From a bacterium (GTDB lineage Bacteria; Bacillota; Clostridia; Christensenellales; UBA3700): 64,000 nucleotides of DNA. Positions 19,314-29,352 of the stretch are shown here, in pieces. The position numbers were made by a program, and so were the translations under genes. The notes beneath the pieces were generated by a model that saw only the letters and a list, made by a program, of their open reading frames with translations, had not been told where the DNA came from and did not search any database. Positions within the stretch are counted from its first letter, which is position 1; every line of letters begins with the position of its first letter. The stretch covers positions 22,115 through 86,114 of the forward strand of contig CAVAVP010000013.1 in NCBI GenBank assembly GCA_963592135.1, read 5' to 3'.

Positions 19314-20144
19314 TTAACTCCAATATATGCTGCCATCTTCTTTTGATAAAACGCCCCACTTATCATCTTGTTTTATTAGGGCCTTTCCACTAGAAAATGG
19401 TGTGCCTTTTTCATATACTGGTTCAAACACATATTTTCCTTCTTTGTCTATATAACCAGTCTTATCGTCTTTGGTAACACAGGCAAGTCCTTCAGAAAAA
19501 GAACATGCCGTATCGAATACTATATCTATAATAATATTGCCTTGCTTATCTATATAGCCTATTTTTTCATTTTTCTCTACACAAGCCAATCCCTCTGAAA
19601 AGTGTCCTACCTCATCATAAGATGGTTGTATAATAACTTCACCTTTTTGGTTTCTAAATCCCCATTTATCTCCTCTTTTAAACTTAAATAAATCAGGCTT
19701 TTCTTCCTTAGGTTCATCCCAATTAAATATTTCTTTTTCTCTTTTGCCATTTAAAAATTCTGCAAGTTCTTTATCACTAAAAATACTAAACTTTATTTTT
19801 TGCGGTTTTACATCCATCTTTGCTTGATTTTTTTGTTGATTATTTAACTTTTTTTCTTGCGGTTTTTCTTCTTCTGGTCTAAAGTCTAATTTATATTTTT
19901 TAAGTTTTTCTCTTATTTCTAAACAATCCTTTTTACCTATATTTTGTATTCTATACATCTTTGACATTCTTTGAATACAAATATCTCTTATAATCTTTAT
20001 TCCGCCTTTTTTTAAAGCACTGCTGCAGTGTTCAGATAATTGTAATTCCTCTATGGGTCTATTTAAATCTTCTGCCCTTCCCTGTGGAATATAATTATCT
20101 TCTTTAAACTTATTGTTTTTATTAAAATTTTTATATTTTCCCAT
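19314..20144 (-). CDS. Fusion protein: RNA polymerase alpha C-terminal-domain-like HhH module plus WG (KWG-type) repeats
   Basis: Residues ~30-85, PIEELQLSEHCSSALKKGGIKIIRDICIQRMSKMYRIQNIGKKDCLEIREKLKKYKL, parallel this genome's RpoA CTD [57 protein letters not shown]. The C-terminus holds 3-4 repeats of the form DKWGF../KIGYIDKQG../KTGYIDKEG../DKWGVL. Confidence 0.6.
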   Translation of the reverse strand: MGKYKNFNKNNKFKEDNYIPQGRAEDLNRPIEELQLSEHCSSALKKGGIKIIRDICIQRMSKMYRIQNIGKKDCLEIREKLKKYKLDFRPEEEKPQEKKLNNQQKNQAKMDVKPQKIKFSIFSDKELAEFLNGKREKEIFNWDEPKEEKPDLFKFKRGDKWGFRNQKGEVIIQPSYDEVGHFSEGLACVEKNEKIGYIDKQGNIIIDIVFDTACSFSEGLACVTKDDKTGYIDKEGKYVFEPVYEKGTPFSSGKALIKQDDKWGVLSKEDGSIYWS

Positions 20145-20328
20145 AACGCTGTTATTTTAGCATGATTAAAACTTTTTATCAAACAACAACTAATACTAAT
20201 AAATAGTATTATCTTTAATTTCACTTACAATTTATTCTTCTAGACCGTAAATTTTACAATTATCTCTATCTTAATATCATTTAAAAAGTTTTATTTAAAC
20301 TTTCTCTTATGTTATAATAATCGCAATT

Positions 20329-22071
20329 ATGATTAATGCTAATTCTTATAAAAAATTATATATCATTTTGCTAATTTTAGTACTTACATTTACTGGTACC
20401 ATTTTGCTATCAAATATTAATTATGCAAATGCTGAAAATACTGATATTAAAATTAGTATGACTTCTAATTCTTTATTTGATGCTTATGGTGAAACATTCG
20501 TTTGGACATATGACACAAACTTATATTTAGCAATGAACAATGAAACTAAAACACTGCAATCAGCTTTTTCAGGTAACTGTATAGATATTACAATGGATGA
20601 TACCTATATTTTGACATTATCAAAATCTGGAAATTCAAATGTGTTATCAGCTTTTACCTATAATGAAACAGGAATAACACAAGTAACCTGCAAAGTAGTT
20701 GAGACCATTCATGCATTATTTAGGGATGAAAACAATAAAGCGTGTATTGTTTATGATTATGGTACCTCTACTACGATGGCAGTTTTTGAATCTAATAAAG
20801 AAGCAAAAGACTTTACTGAAAAAAAATGTTGGTGGCCACAAAGTAACACTAACAATTATATAGATTATTTATATATCAATGGTCGAGTATTTTTTATTAA
20901 TAGAGCTGGCGAAGTTTTAACCGAAAAGATTGGAAATGAAGTAACAAATTTAACAACTGTATCTAATATTACTTCAGCTAATTCTTTAACATCATTAAAC
21001 TCAATTGTTTATGTAAATACATCATCAGGAATAATATCTTTATCTTCAAGCACATTAACTACTTTAAATTTAGGAACTATTGTATCTACAGGTAAGGTAT
21101 CTGCTATTTCTTATAATTCATCAAATTATCTTATGGTACAAGGTAACAATGCAATTATTCAATATGCATTAACAAACACATCTGTTGAATACATAAACAA
21201 GTTTGACAATAGTGGCTACACACATCCAACTGAGTTTGATATTGTAAAAGTAGCAATGCTTGAAAATGGTGGCAAAGTTTACTCTTCTCCAAGAAATCTA
21301 CAAGTAATCGACACATTAAATTCTCAATCTATAGTATTAGTTCTATGTGAGAAAAATAGTGACGTTATAAATAAAACTTATTACTACATAGTAACTAAAG
21401 AAGGAAAAGTTGGTTATATTGAAAATAACTTTAATCTTACAAATTGCATCTTATCTAGATACACTGATACTTCTAAAATAGATATCGGAACATATGCCCA
21501 AGGTTTACATGAAACAACAACCATTTATAAATATCCATTTGATACTGGATTAAATGCCGACGAGGATTATAATATTTTAACAACTGTTTCCATATATGAA
21601 CAACTAGCAGTTGTAGACAATGTTGCTGTTGATCAAAACAATAAGCAAGCATGGAATTATTATAAGGTTGGTTATGTGCAAGATGAAACTTTATATTATG
21701 GTTATGTAAAAAAAGAAGATGTTGCACCTTATACATCAATTACTGCTCCAAAAGTTTTAAAAACAATCAAAGTTCGAGTAGATACTGTTGGCGATGCTGT
21801 TTCTATTTATTCACTTCCTACGGAGGAAAGCACAAAAATAGGACAACTAACAGATGGATATGAATTACAACTTGCAGAAGAATATGATGAATCTAAAGAA
21901 TGGACTAAAATTGTATATAAAGACACATATGCTTATGTAAAAACTTCCAATATTCAACAAAACGGTTTAACAACAGTTCAAATAACATTAATAGTTATAG
22001 CAGTTATTGTTGTTGTTGCAACAGTAACTATGGTAGGCATTTTAATGTATAAGAAGAAAAAATCTTATTAG
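20329..22071 (+). CDS. Secreted protein with C-terminal SH3b-like domains and a C-terminal TM anchor
   Basis: The 580-aa protein has a signal peptide ending NYANA-EN, SH3b-like blocks (WNYYKVGYVQDETLYYGYVKKEDV; WTKIVYKDTYAYVKTSNI), and the TM segment ITLIVIAVIVVVATVTMVGILMY followed by KKKK. Confidence 0.5.
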   Translation: MINANSYKKLYIILLILVLTFTGTILLSNINYANAENTDIKISMTSNSLFDAYGETFVWTYDTNLYLAMNNETKTLQSAFSGNCIDITMDDTYILTLSKSGNSNVLSAFTYNETGITQVTCKVVETIHALFRDENNKACIVYDYGTSTTMAVFESNKEAKDFTEKKCWWPQSNTNNYIDYLYINGRVFFINRAGEVLTEKIGNEVTNLTTVSNITSANSLTSLNSIVYVNTSSGIISLSSSTLTTLNLGTIVSTGKVSAISYNSSNYLMVQGNNAIIQYALTNTSVEYINKFDNSGYTHPTEFDIVKVAMLENGGKVYSSPRNLQVIDTLNSQSIVLVLCEKNSDVINKTYYYIVTKEGKVGYIENNFNLTNCILSRYTDTSKIDIGTYAQGLHETTTIYKYPFDTGLNADEDYNILTTVSIYEQLAVVDNVAVDQNNKQAWNYYKVGYVQDETLYYGYVKKEDVAPYTSITAPKVLKTIKVRVDTVGDAVSIYSLPTEESTKIGQLTDGYELQLAEEYDESKEWTKIVYKDTYAYVKTSNIQQNGLTTVQITLIVIAVIVVVATVTMVGILMYKKKKSY

Positions 22072-22072
22072 T

Positions 22073-22744
22073 ATGAATACAGCTTTAATATATTCTAATA
22101 TAAGTGAAAAACAATTATCTTTGTTAAAAGATAGCATTTCTAATCTTTCTTTAATAAAAATTAAACCAGGACAAGTTGATATAACTGAAAATTTAAATAA
22201 CTTTGAAAAAATTTATTTAAAAAGTGATTGTATTAAATTATTAAAATCACTTGTTTTAAAATTAAAACTCCACACACAAATAAAGACTTTAAAAGGCAAA
22301 AACTCTACTTTATTAATAGTAACTCAAAGCATGTACAATCATAATGTAAACGAATACACAAACACATCTGGCCATAACATTATAGATACTATTACACATA
22401 GTAATTTAGAAGTCGAAAAAACAGCACGTATCGCATACGAAAAAGCAGAAAGTTTATCCAATGAATTATTAAATATATATGAAACAAAACTTGCTTCAAA
22501 CTTTGAATGGAGCAAAGTTGTTATTGATATAAACGAAGATTACCCTACAGTTTCATTAAATGAAGAAACTTTAATAGATTTTATACTTAAATATAAAACT
22601 TTTGATTTAGACAGCAAGTCCATTGTTATATTATCTGAGCCTCTTCAAGAAGATTCTATTTATAAATTTTTAGATGATAAAGGTTTTAATTTCATTTCAC
22701 AACTATACGTTGGAGATACAAATCAAACAATAGAACTAATTTAA
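22073..22744 (+). CDS. Hypothetical protein
   Basis: The 223-aa ORF starts 1 nt after the upstream stop. I see only a weak, by-eye resemblance to the isocitrate/isopropylmalate dehydrogenase fold pattern, without catalytic motifs. Confidence 0.4.
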   Translation: MNTALIYSNISEKQLSLLKDSISNLSLIKIKPGQVDITENLNNFEKIYLKSDCIKLLKSLVLKLKLHTQIKTLKGKNSTLLIVTQSMYNHNVNEYTNTSGHNIIDTITHSNLEVEKTARIAYEKAESLSNELLNIYETKLASNFEWSKVVIDINEDYPTVSLNEETLIDFILKYKTFDLDSKSIVILSEPLQEDSIYKFLDDKGFNFISQLYVGDTNQTIELI

Positions 22745-22754
22745 CCATAAAAAA

Positions 22755-22781
22755 ATCCAAATGGCTATTTTCCATCTGGAT
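22755..22781. terminator. Hairpin between convergent genes, a candidate bidirectional terminator
   Basis: ATCCAAATGG / CCATCTGGAT forms 10 bp with one mismatch and a 7-nt loop, with an A-run upstream. Confidence 0.5.
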
Positions 22782-22805
22782 TAAGTCCATATTTTATAAT
22801 CTACA

Positions 22806-23042
22806 TTAAAGTTTTGTTGCTATATAATTTACAACATCCCCAACACTTATAAAAGAAAGTGCGGCATCATCATCAATTTCTATCCCAAATTCATCTTCTG
22901 CTGCCATTATCATTTCAACTTTATCTAACGAGTCAGCTTGCAAGTCATCAGCTAATTTAGTTTCCATTCCGGCTTCTATTTCTGTGCCTAGTTGATTATG
23001 TATAATTACATTCAATTTTGCTAGTATATCTTTCTTTTCCAT
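22806..23042 (-). CDS. Acyl carrier protein
   Basis: The sequence LADDLQADSLDKVEMIMAAEDEFGIEIDDD carries the DSL phosphopantetheine attachment motif. The likely start is ATG 23042 (MEKKD). Confidence 0.85.
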   Translation of the reverse strand: MEKKDILAKLNVIIHNQLGTEIEAGMETKLADDLQADSLDKVEMIMAAEDEFGIEIDDDAALSFISVGDVVNYIATKL

Positions 23043-23097
23043 TTTATACCTCCATAGTACCATAGATATCTTAATAAATTTATTAAAAAAAAGCAAG

Positions 23098-23517
23098 TTA
23101 TATCTCTTCTATTGTATATTGCTTATCTTCTGAACAAACAGATATAATATAACCTTCTATTTCTGAAATATTAAAAATATTATATTTAGGATATGGTTTA
23201 TATAGACTTAAAGTAGAAACTCCCTCTCCTGTCCACTTACAAAAAGATTCATATTCAGTCCATTCTTTTATAGTCATTTTAATCTTTACTTTTCTATCTA
23301 AAGATTCAATATCTATTCCAACATTTTTCTCTGAAAACGCTATAACAAGAATATCTTTTGTATGAGATATAGATATAAAGAGGTTGTCTAATATAGGCTT
23401 TCCTTTTGGTGTTTTCTCTATTTTGGCAATATTTTTGTTATAAAAAACACTTGCCCTTTTTAAAGCCTCTTTTTTTGAACTTTCTTCATCTTTATTAATA
23501 CTATAGAAAATTATCAA
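23098..23517 (-). CDS. 4'-phosphopantetheinyl transferase
   Basis: The 139-aa protein has the PPTase motifs ISISHTKD, VGIDIES and EWTEYESFCKWTGEG. Confidence 0.7.
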   Translation of the reverse strand: MIIFYSINKDEESSKKEALKRASVFYNKNIAKIEKTPKGKPILDNLFISISHTKDILVIAFSEKNVGIDIESLDRKVKIKMTIKEWTEYESFCKWTGEGVSTLSLYKPYPKYNIFNISEIEGYIISVCSEDKQYTIEEI

Positions 23518-25017
23518 TTAAAATCTACCTGTAGCCTTATTTAACTCTAAATAAAAATTTTTCCTACAACTATTAAATTGGTTAACAACTGCCCTATAGG
23601 TCCAATTTCCATTAGCAACACCCGGGGTATTCATTCTACAATCTGACCCAAATCCAAACAAATCTTGAAGTGGTATTATTGCAATTTGACATTCTGATTC
23701 CATAACCTTTTTAATCATAAGTTTTACAGATATAGAATCATAAGCGCCAGTTCCCCATACTCTTTTATCACATCCAATATACTCTAATACCCCGTCTCGA
23801 GTCTTATCGTCAAGTTCAAATAGCCAACCAAGTGAAGTATTGTTATCATGTGTTGCAGTATACCCTATACAATTTTTAACATAGTTACATGGCAAATGAA
23901 TATTATCACTATCTCCAAAGCCAAAATGCATTACTCTCATTCCTGGCAATCCAGTTTTTTTCAACAATTTAGCCACCTTATTATCAATAATACCTAAGTC
24001 TTCTGCTATAAATCTATCCTTATTATATTTTTCAAAAATCAGGTTAAATAAATCCATTCCTACACCTTTAACCCACTTTCCTTCTCTTGCAGTCTTTGCA
24101 TCTACAGGAATCGCCCAGTATTCTGAAAAAGCTCTAAAATGATCTATTCTTAAAATATCATAGATATCCATCATTTGGTCAATTCTATCTATCCACCAGC
24201 TATAATTATCTTTCTTCATTTCATCATAATCATATAATGGATTACCCCACAATTGCCCATCTTGTGCAAAATAATCAGGAGGAACTCCTGCTACTTTCTT
24301 TGGTGTACCATCTTTTTTTAATAGAAAATATTTTCTATTAGCCCAAACATCAGAACTATCCAACGATACATACATCGGCATATCTCCAATGATTTTCACA
24401 TTCCTTTCGTTACAAATTTTCTTGGATTTTTTCCACTGAGTATCCAAGATGTATTGTTCAAATACATAAAAATAATACAAATCTTTATTTTCTTCTATAA
24501 ACTTTCTTTCATCTATATTTTCTTTAAATTTATATTCTTCTGGCCAATCTATCCAAGATGAATTATTATTTAATTCTTTTATAGATTTATATAACGCGTA
24601 ATCATTTACCCATTTTTTATTTTTAATAAAAGTTTTTAATTTTTTTTCTAAATCTTTCTTCCTATTATCATACGCTTTATGTAATAGTCTTGTTTTTGAA
24701 TAATACACAAAACCATAATCCACATTATAAGGTGACCCATTATAAACTGCCTCATTTTTATCGCCGTCAGTAATAAACCCTGCATTATATAATCCATCAG
24801 GATCTACATATAAAAAGTTTAAAGCAAAAGCGCTATTTCCAGAATAAGGAGAATTACCAAGACCTATTGTAGTTAATGGCAAAACTTGCCAATAAGTAAA
24901 TCCTCCTTCTAATAAAAAACCTCTTCCAAATTCTATTTCTTTTCCAAATCCACCTATACCATATTCATTAGGCAACGTAGATATATTTAGCAAAACGCCA
25001 GATGCGCGTTTTAACAT
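23518..25017 (-). CDS. malQ: 4-alpha-glucanotransferase (amylomaltase, GH77)
   Basis: The N-terminus is RASGVLLNISTLPNEYGIGGFG. Further motifs are RIDHFRAF, FIAEDLG and TATHDN, and the protein is 499 aa. Confidence 0.9.
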   Translation of the reverse strand: MLKRASGVLLNISTLPNEYGIGGFGKEIEFGRGFLLEGGFTYWQVLPLTTIGLGNSPYSGNSAFALNFLYVDPDGLYNAGFITDGDKNEAVYNGSPYNVDYGFVYYSKTRLLHKAYDNRKKDLEKKLKTFIKNKKWVNDYALYKSIKELNNNSSWIDWPEEYKFKENIDERKFIEENKDLYYFYVFEQYILDTQWKKSKKICNERNVKIIGDMPMYVSLDSSDVWANRKYFLLKKDGTPKKVAGVPPDYFAQDGQLWGNPLYDYDEMKKDNYSWWIDRIDQMMDIYDILRIDHFRAFSEYWAIPVDAKTAREGKWVKGVGMDLFNLIFEKYNKDRFIAEDLGIIDNKVAKLLKKTGLPGMRVMHFGFGDSDNIHLPCNYVKNCIGYTATHDNNTSLGWLFELDDKTRDGVLEYIGCDKRVWGTGAYDSISVKLMIKKVMESECQIAIIPLQDLFGFGSDCRMNTPGVANGNWTYRAVVNQFNSCRKNFYLELNKATGRF

Positions 25018-25020
25018 CTT

Positions 25021-26094
25021 TTAAGCCTCCTTTATTGATCTTTCAAAGAAATCCTCAAGCTTATCCATATATTCTTCATTTAAAGCCAATGTAACCTCTG
25101 AAGGAACAAATTGATATCTTTTTTCCATTAAATATTGAAAATTATTCATATTTCCCTTTTCCATAAACTTTTTCCCTATACATGATTCATTTATTTTATC
25201 TTCGGCCCACTTTGGTCTATGTAATGAATGTTTTAAATCATCGAAAATTAAAAACTCAGCTTTTGGATTTGTACATTCATTTTGTCTATAAGCTATTGAG
25301 TCTTCCCATTGAACAGTAGGATCATCTTTACTATGTGCAATTAAAATAGGCTTTTTAAAATTATTAACACCACCTATTCCCGAATAACTTGCATATTTAC
25401 CAAATTTAAAATAAGAACAAGCATAAGCTGCAGGTTTTGCAAATTTTACAGCATCTCCTACAAATTTTTCACCCTGTTCTAATATAATATCCCAAAACTT
25501 ATTAAAACCTGATGTTGAAGCCACCGCATCTACGTTTTTTGCTGCATAGGAATCATTTAAAACTGCAGCAGAAGCAAATCCCGACCAACTATGACCAAAC
25601 ACACAAAGTTTTAAACCTTGAGTCTCTGGAAGTTCTCTCACATATTTAATTGCATGTTTTAAATCTATAACTGCTTGTTGTAATCCTACCATACCAGAGC
25701 CTTCCGAAGTGTCACAACCGGACATGTCGAATCCAAAAACGAGCCATCCTTTTCTTGTAAAATAATCTATAACTTGAATGTAGCTATACAAAGTACAACC
25801 TATGCCATGCGATACAATTATTACACCTCTATATTCTTTTACATTTTCGTTATGAAATAATCCACCGCCCAATTTATGAATACCATTAGTAAAATATTTT
25901 GGTTCTTTTACTAAACCTTCATAATCCAGTTCTGTTTTTGCATAACTAGATCTGGTTACTCTCTTTTTAAAATAAATATCCATAATACCTTGAGTTACAG
26001 CCAAAGGTAATACCACTGTTAATCCTAAGATAACATAAACAAATATTGCACCTATCATTGTAATTACTTTTTTCATAATCTCATTATACCACAA
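25021..26094 (-). CDS. Membrane-anchored alpha/beta hydrolase
   Basis: An N-terminal TM segment is followed by the nucleophile elbow GHSWSG, with HG upstream and D/H downstream (HSKDD..., LKHSLH). Confidence 0.75.
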   Translation of the reverse strand: MWYNEIMKKVITMIGAIFVYVILGLTVVLPLAVTQGIMDIYFKKRVTRSSYAKTELDYEGLVKEPKYFTNGIHKLGGGLFHNENVKEYRGVIIVSHGIGCTLYSYIQVIDYFTRKGWLVFGFDMSGCDTSEGSGMVGLQQAVIDLKHAIKYVRELPETQGLKLCVFGHSWSGFASAAVLNDSYAAKNVDAVASTSGFNKFWDIILEQGEKFVGDAVKFAKPAAYACSYFKFGKYASYSGIGGVNNFKKPILIAHSKDDPTVQWEDSIAYRQNECTNPKAEFLIFDDLKHSLHRPKWAEDKINESCIGKKFMEKGNMNNFQYLMEKRYQFVPSEVTLALNEEYMDKLEDFFERSIKEA

Positions 26095-26128
26095 AAACCG
26101 CCTTTATTTAGGGAATTTTTATTTAAAT

Positions 26129-26899
26129 TTACTTTTTCATTTTCTGTATATTTCTATTTTTTAACCTATTATTCGGAATAACTATACTGATATTTTTTTC
26201 TATTGCATATTCAAATAATTTTTTAATCTTACTATCATAAACAGAGTCACTATAAACAAAAATTTGGTTTAATTCTTTTAGTTTATCTACAGTGTATTCA
26301 ATTGCTTTTATAAGCAATTCACGTTGCTCACCTTTTTTTATAGAATCTTTTAAAGAAAAACAAACGATTTTTGCATCTTCATATCCATCTAACATATATT
26401 CAAAAGATTTTTCAGTCGAATATGTAATTAATGGTATTACATTTATGCCACATTCAAGCATAAACCACAAAGAAACTATACGCGTTTTATGATGATTCAT
26501 TATATTAAAATCTTCAATAGTATCACCAACCATAGAATAATCTGGAGCTACGACCAACCTAACATTCTTAAACCTCTCTTTAAAACGATTTAATCTTTTT
26601 TCATTATTATAATATATTGCATTCCATAAACCATTACTGCCATCAATTACATTGTCAAATTCAGCAAAAATTACTGCGGTTCTACTTGTCTTATGATATT
26701 CTGATTTATCTGAATATAATGCAAAATAATCCACAAGAGCATAACTAGGTGTAGGAATATGTGCTAGTTGATGTTTTCCAACAACCCAGGTTTTATTAAC
26801 CAATGTTAAATAATTAAGATTTAATTTGTTTATTAAATCATTCTTTTCCTTATTGTCAAACAAGCAATCAAAATCATTTATCATTTTATACTCTCCCAA
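26129..26899 (-). CDS. DUF4417-like protein
   Basis: The central block AVIFAEFDN...NVRLVVAPDYSMVGDTIEDFNIMNHHKTRIVSLWFMLECGINVIPLITYS...FEYMLDG matches my recollection of the DUF4417 profile (hFf.D...PDFS...N.yR....W....Gi.VIP). I did not verify it by search. Confidence 0.55.
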   Translation of the reverse strand: MGEYKMINDFDCLFDNKEKNDLINKLNLNYLTLVNKTWVVGKHQLAHIPTPSYALVDYFALYSDKSEYHKTSRTAVIFAEFDNVIDGSNGLWNAIYYNNEKRLNRFKERFKNVRLVVAPDYSMVGDTIEDFNIMNHHKTRIVSLWFMLECGINVIPLITYSTEKSFEYMLDGYEDAKIVCFSLKDSIKKGEQRELLIKAIEYTVDKLKELNQIFVYSDSVYDSKIKKLFEYAIEKNISIVIPNNRLKNRNIQKMKK

Positions 26900-26918
26900 A
26901 TTTTAAAATACTAAATCT

Positions 26919-27374
26919 TTATAGATTTTCATAATATTCAGTACAATAATCCTCTATTATGAATCTACCTTTATTTAATACATTTATTCTGCTTTTTATT
27001 GTAGATAAAAGTTGAAGTATCAAATCTTTGTTTGCTTTCTCTGCCTCTTTATTCTGATCAAAAGCATATTCCCCCTTTTTTATATTGTGATTTAATACTA
27101 TATGTCCAATTTCATGGGGAATTGTAAACTTAATTCTTTGTTTTGGATAAATTCTATCATTATAATAGATTTCGATTTTGCTGCTTTTTGGATTAATACA
27201 ATTAAATCCATCTTCATCTAATTTTAACAACAAACTGCTATCTTCAAACAAATAATATGGAATTAAATTGATATCTAATTTATTACAAACTTCTTTTAGG
27301 TTAAATCCTAGTATAGATATCTTTAATTCTTCATATAAATCACATATTACTTCGATAATCTCTTCTCTATTCAT
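26919..27374 (-). CDS. ImmA/IrrE family metallo-endopeptidase
   Basis: The 151-aa protein has the HExxH motif in FTIPHEIGHIVLNH. It overlaps the upstream XRE gene stop by 1 nt (TAATG). Confidence 0.8.
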   Translation of the reverse strand: MNREEIIEVICDLYEELKISILGFNLKEVCNKLDINLIPYYLFEDSSLLLKLDEDGFNCINPKSSKIEIYYNDRIYPKQRIKFTIPHEIGHIVLNHNIKKGEYAFDQNKEAEKANKDLILQLLSTIKSRINVLNKGRFIIEDYCTEYYENL

Positions 27375-27688
27375 TATTTATGACCAAATATTAAATCGAT
27401 AAGTTCTTTTTTTTCATCATTACTTAATTCGCTTCCACTTCTTGCTAATAATGCTGTCTTGCATATATCAAATGTCGTTCCTTCCTTTTCCTGTATACCA
27501 AGCAATTGATACATACTTACATCCAACGCTCTTGCTATTTTGCTAAGCATATCGCTGCGAGGTTCTTTTTTTCCACTTAAGTATTTTGACATTGCAGATT
27601 CAGAAATCCCCGTTATTTGACATAATTGCTTTTGGCTCATCTGTTTATTTTCTAATTCCTTTTTTATATTTTTACCAGTCTCATTCAT
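27374..27688 (-). CDS. XRE family helix-turn-helix transcriptional regulator
   Basis: The sequence MSQKQLCQITGISESAMSKYLSGKKEPRSDMLSKIARALDVSMYQLLG is a typical HTH_3 domain. Confidence 0.9.
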   Translation of the reverse strand: MNETGKNIKKELENKQMSQKQLCQITGISESAMSKYLSGKKEPRSDMLSKIARALDVSMYQLLGIQEKEGTTFDICKTALLARSGSELSNDEKKELIDLIFGHK

Positions 27689-27769
27689 TTCTTTTTATAC
27701 CTCCTACAGAATCCCCGTATTTATAGCCTATTATTTCCATTTCGGAAAGTCAATTGCTTCTTTAGAAAG

Positions 27770-27790
27770 TTTTACATTTCTTTTACATTT
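27770..27790. repeat. Direct repeat TTTTACATTT x2 with 11-bp periodicity, upstream of the XRE gene; a candidate operator
   Basis: Identical 10-mers lie at 27770-27779 and 27781-27790. Confidence 0.35.
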
Positions 27791-27801
27791 AACCTTTCAA
27801 T

Positions 27802-27839
27802 GAAAAAATATCTCCTTTGTTTTTCACTTAGGAGATATT
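27802..27839 (-). terminator. Intrinsic terminator of gdhA
   Basis: On the minus strand the stem AATATCTCCT/AGGAGATATT (10 bp, 13-nt loop) is followed by a T-run. Confidence 0.75.
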
Positions 27840-27874
27840 CAAATAACTTATTTTTTATTTAATTAAATTATATT

Positions 27875-29297
<1,423 letters not shown>

Positions 29298-29323
29298 CCA
29301 TTGATTACTTATTTATTACTTTT

Positions 29324-29352
29324 ATTATAACGTTTTGTTTGTAAAGTTACAA
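29324..29352 (-). promoter_or_regulatory. Candidate promoter abutting the rplQ stop codon
   Basis: The minus strand reads TTGTAA, a 17-nt spacer, then TATAAT. The -35 element starts immediately after the rplQ stop, and the transcript would have to pass the 29254-29297 hairpin. Confidence 0.4.

Noticed and set aside
22073-22744. The 223-aa protein might be a degenerate isocitrate/isopropylmalate dehydrogenase-like enzyme.
   Set aside because: I have only a loose by-eye pattern match (..ARIAYEKA..., ...DYPTV...). There are no catalytic or cofactor motifs, and the protein is half the normal length. This is too weak to call without a profile search.
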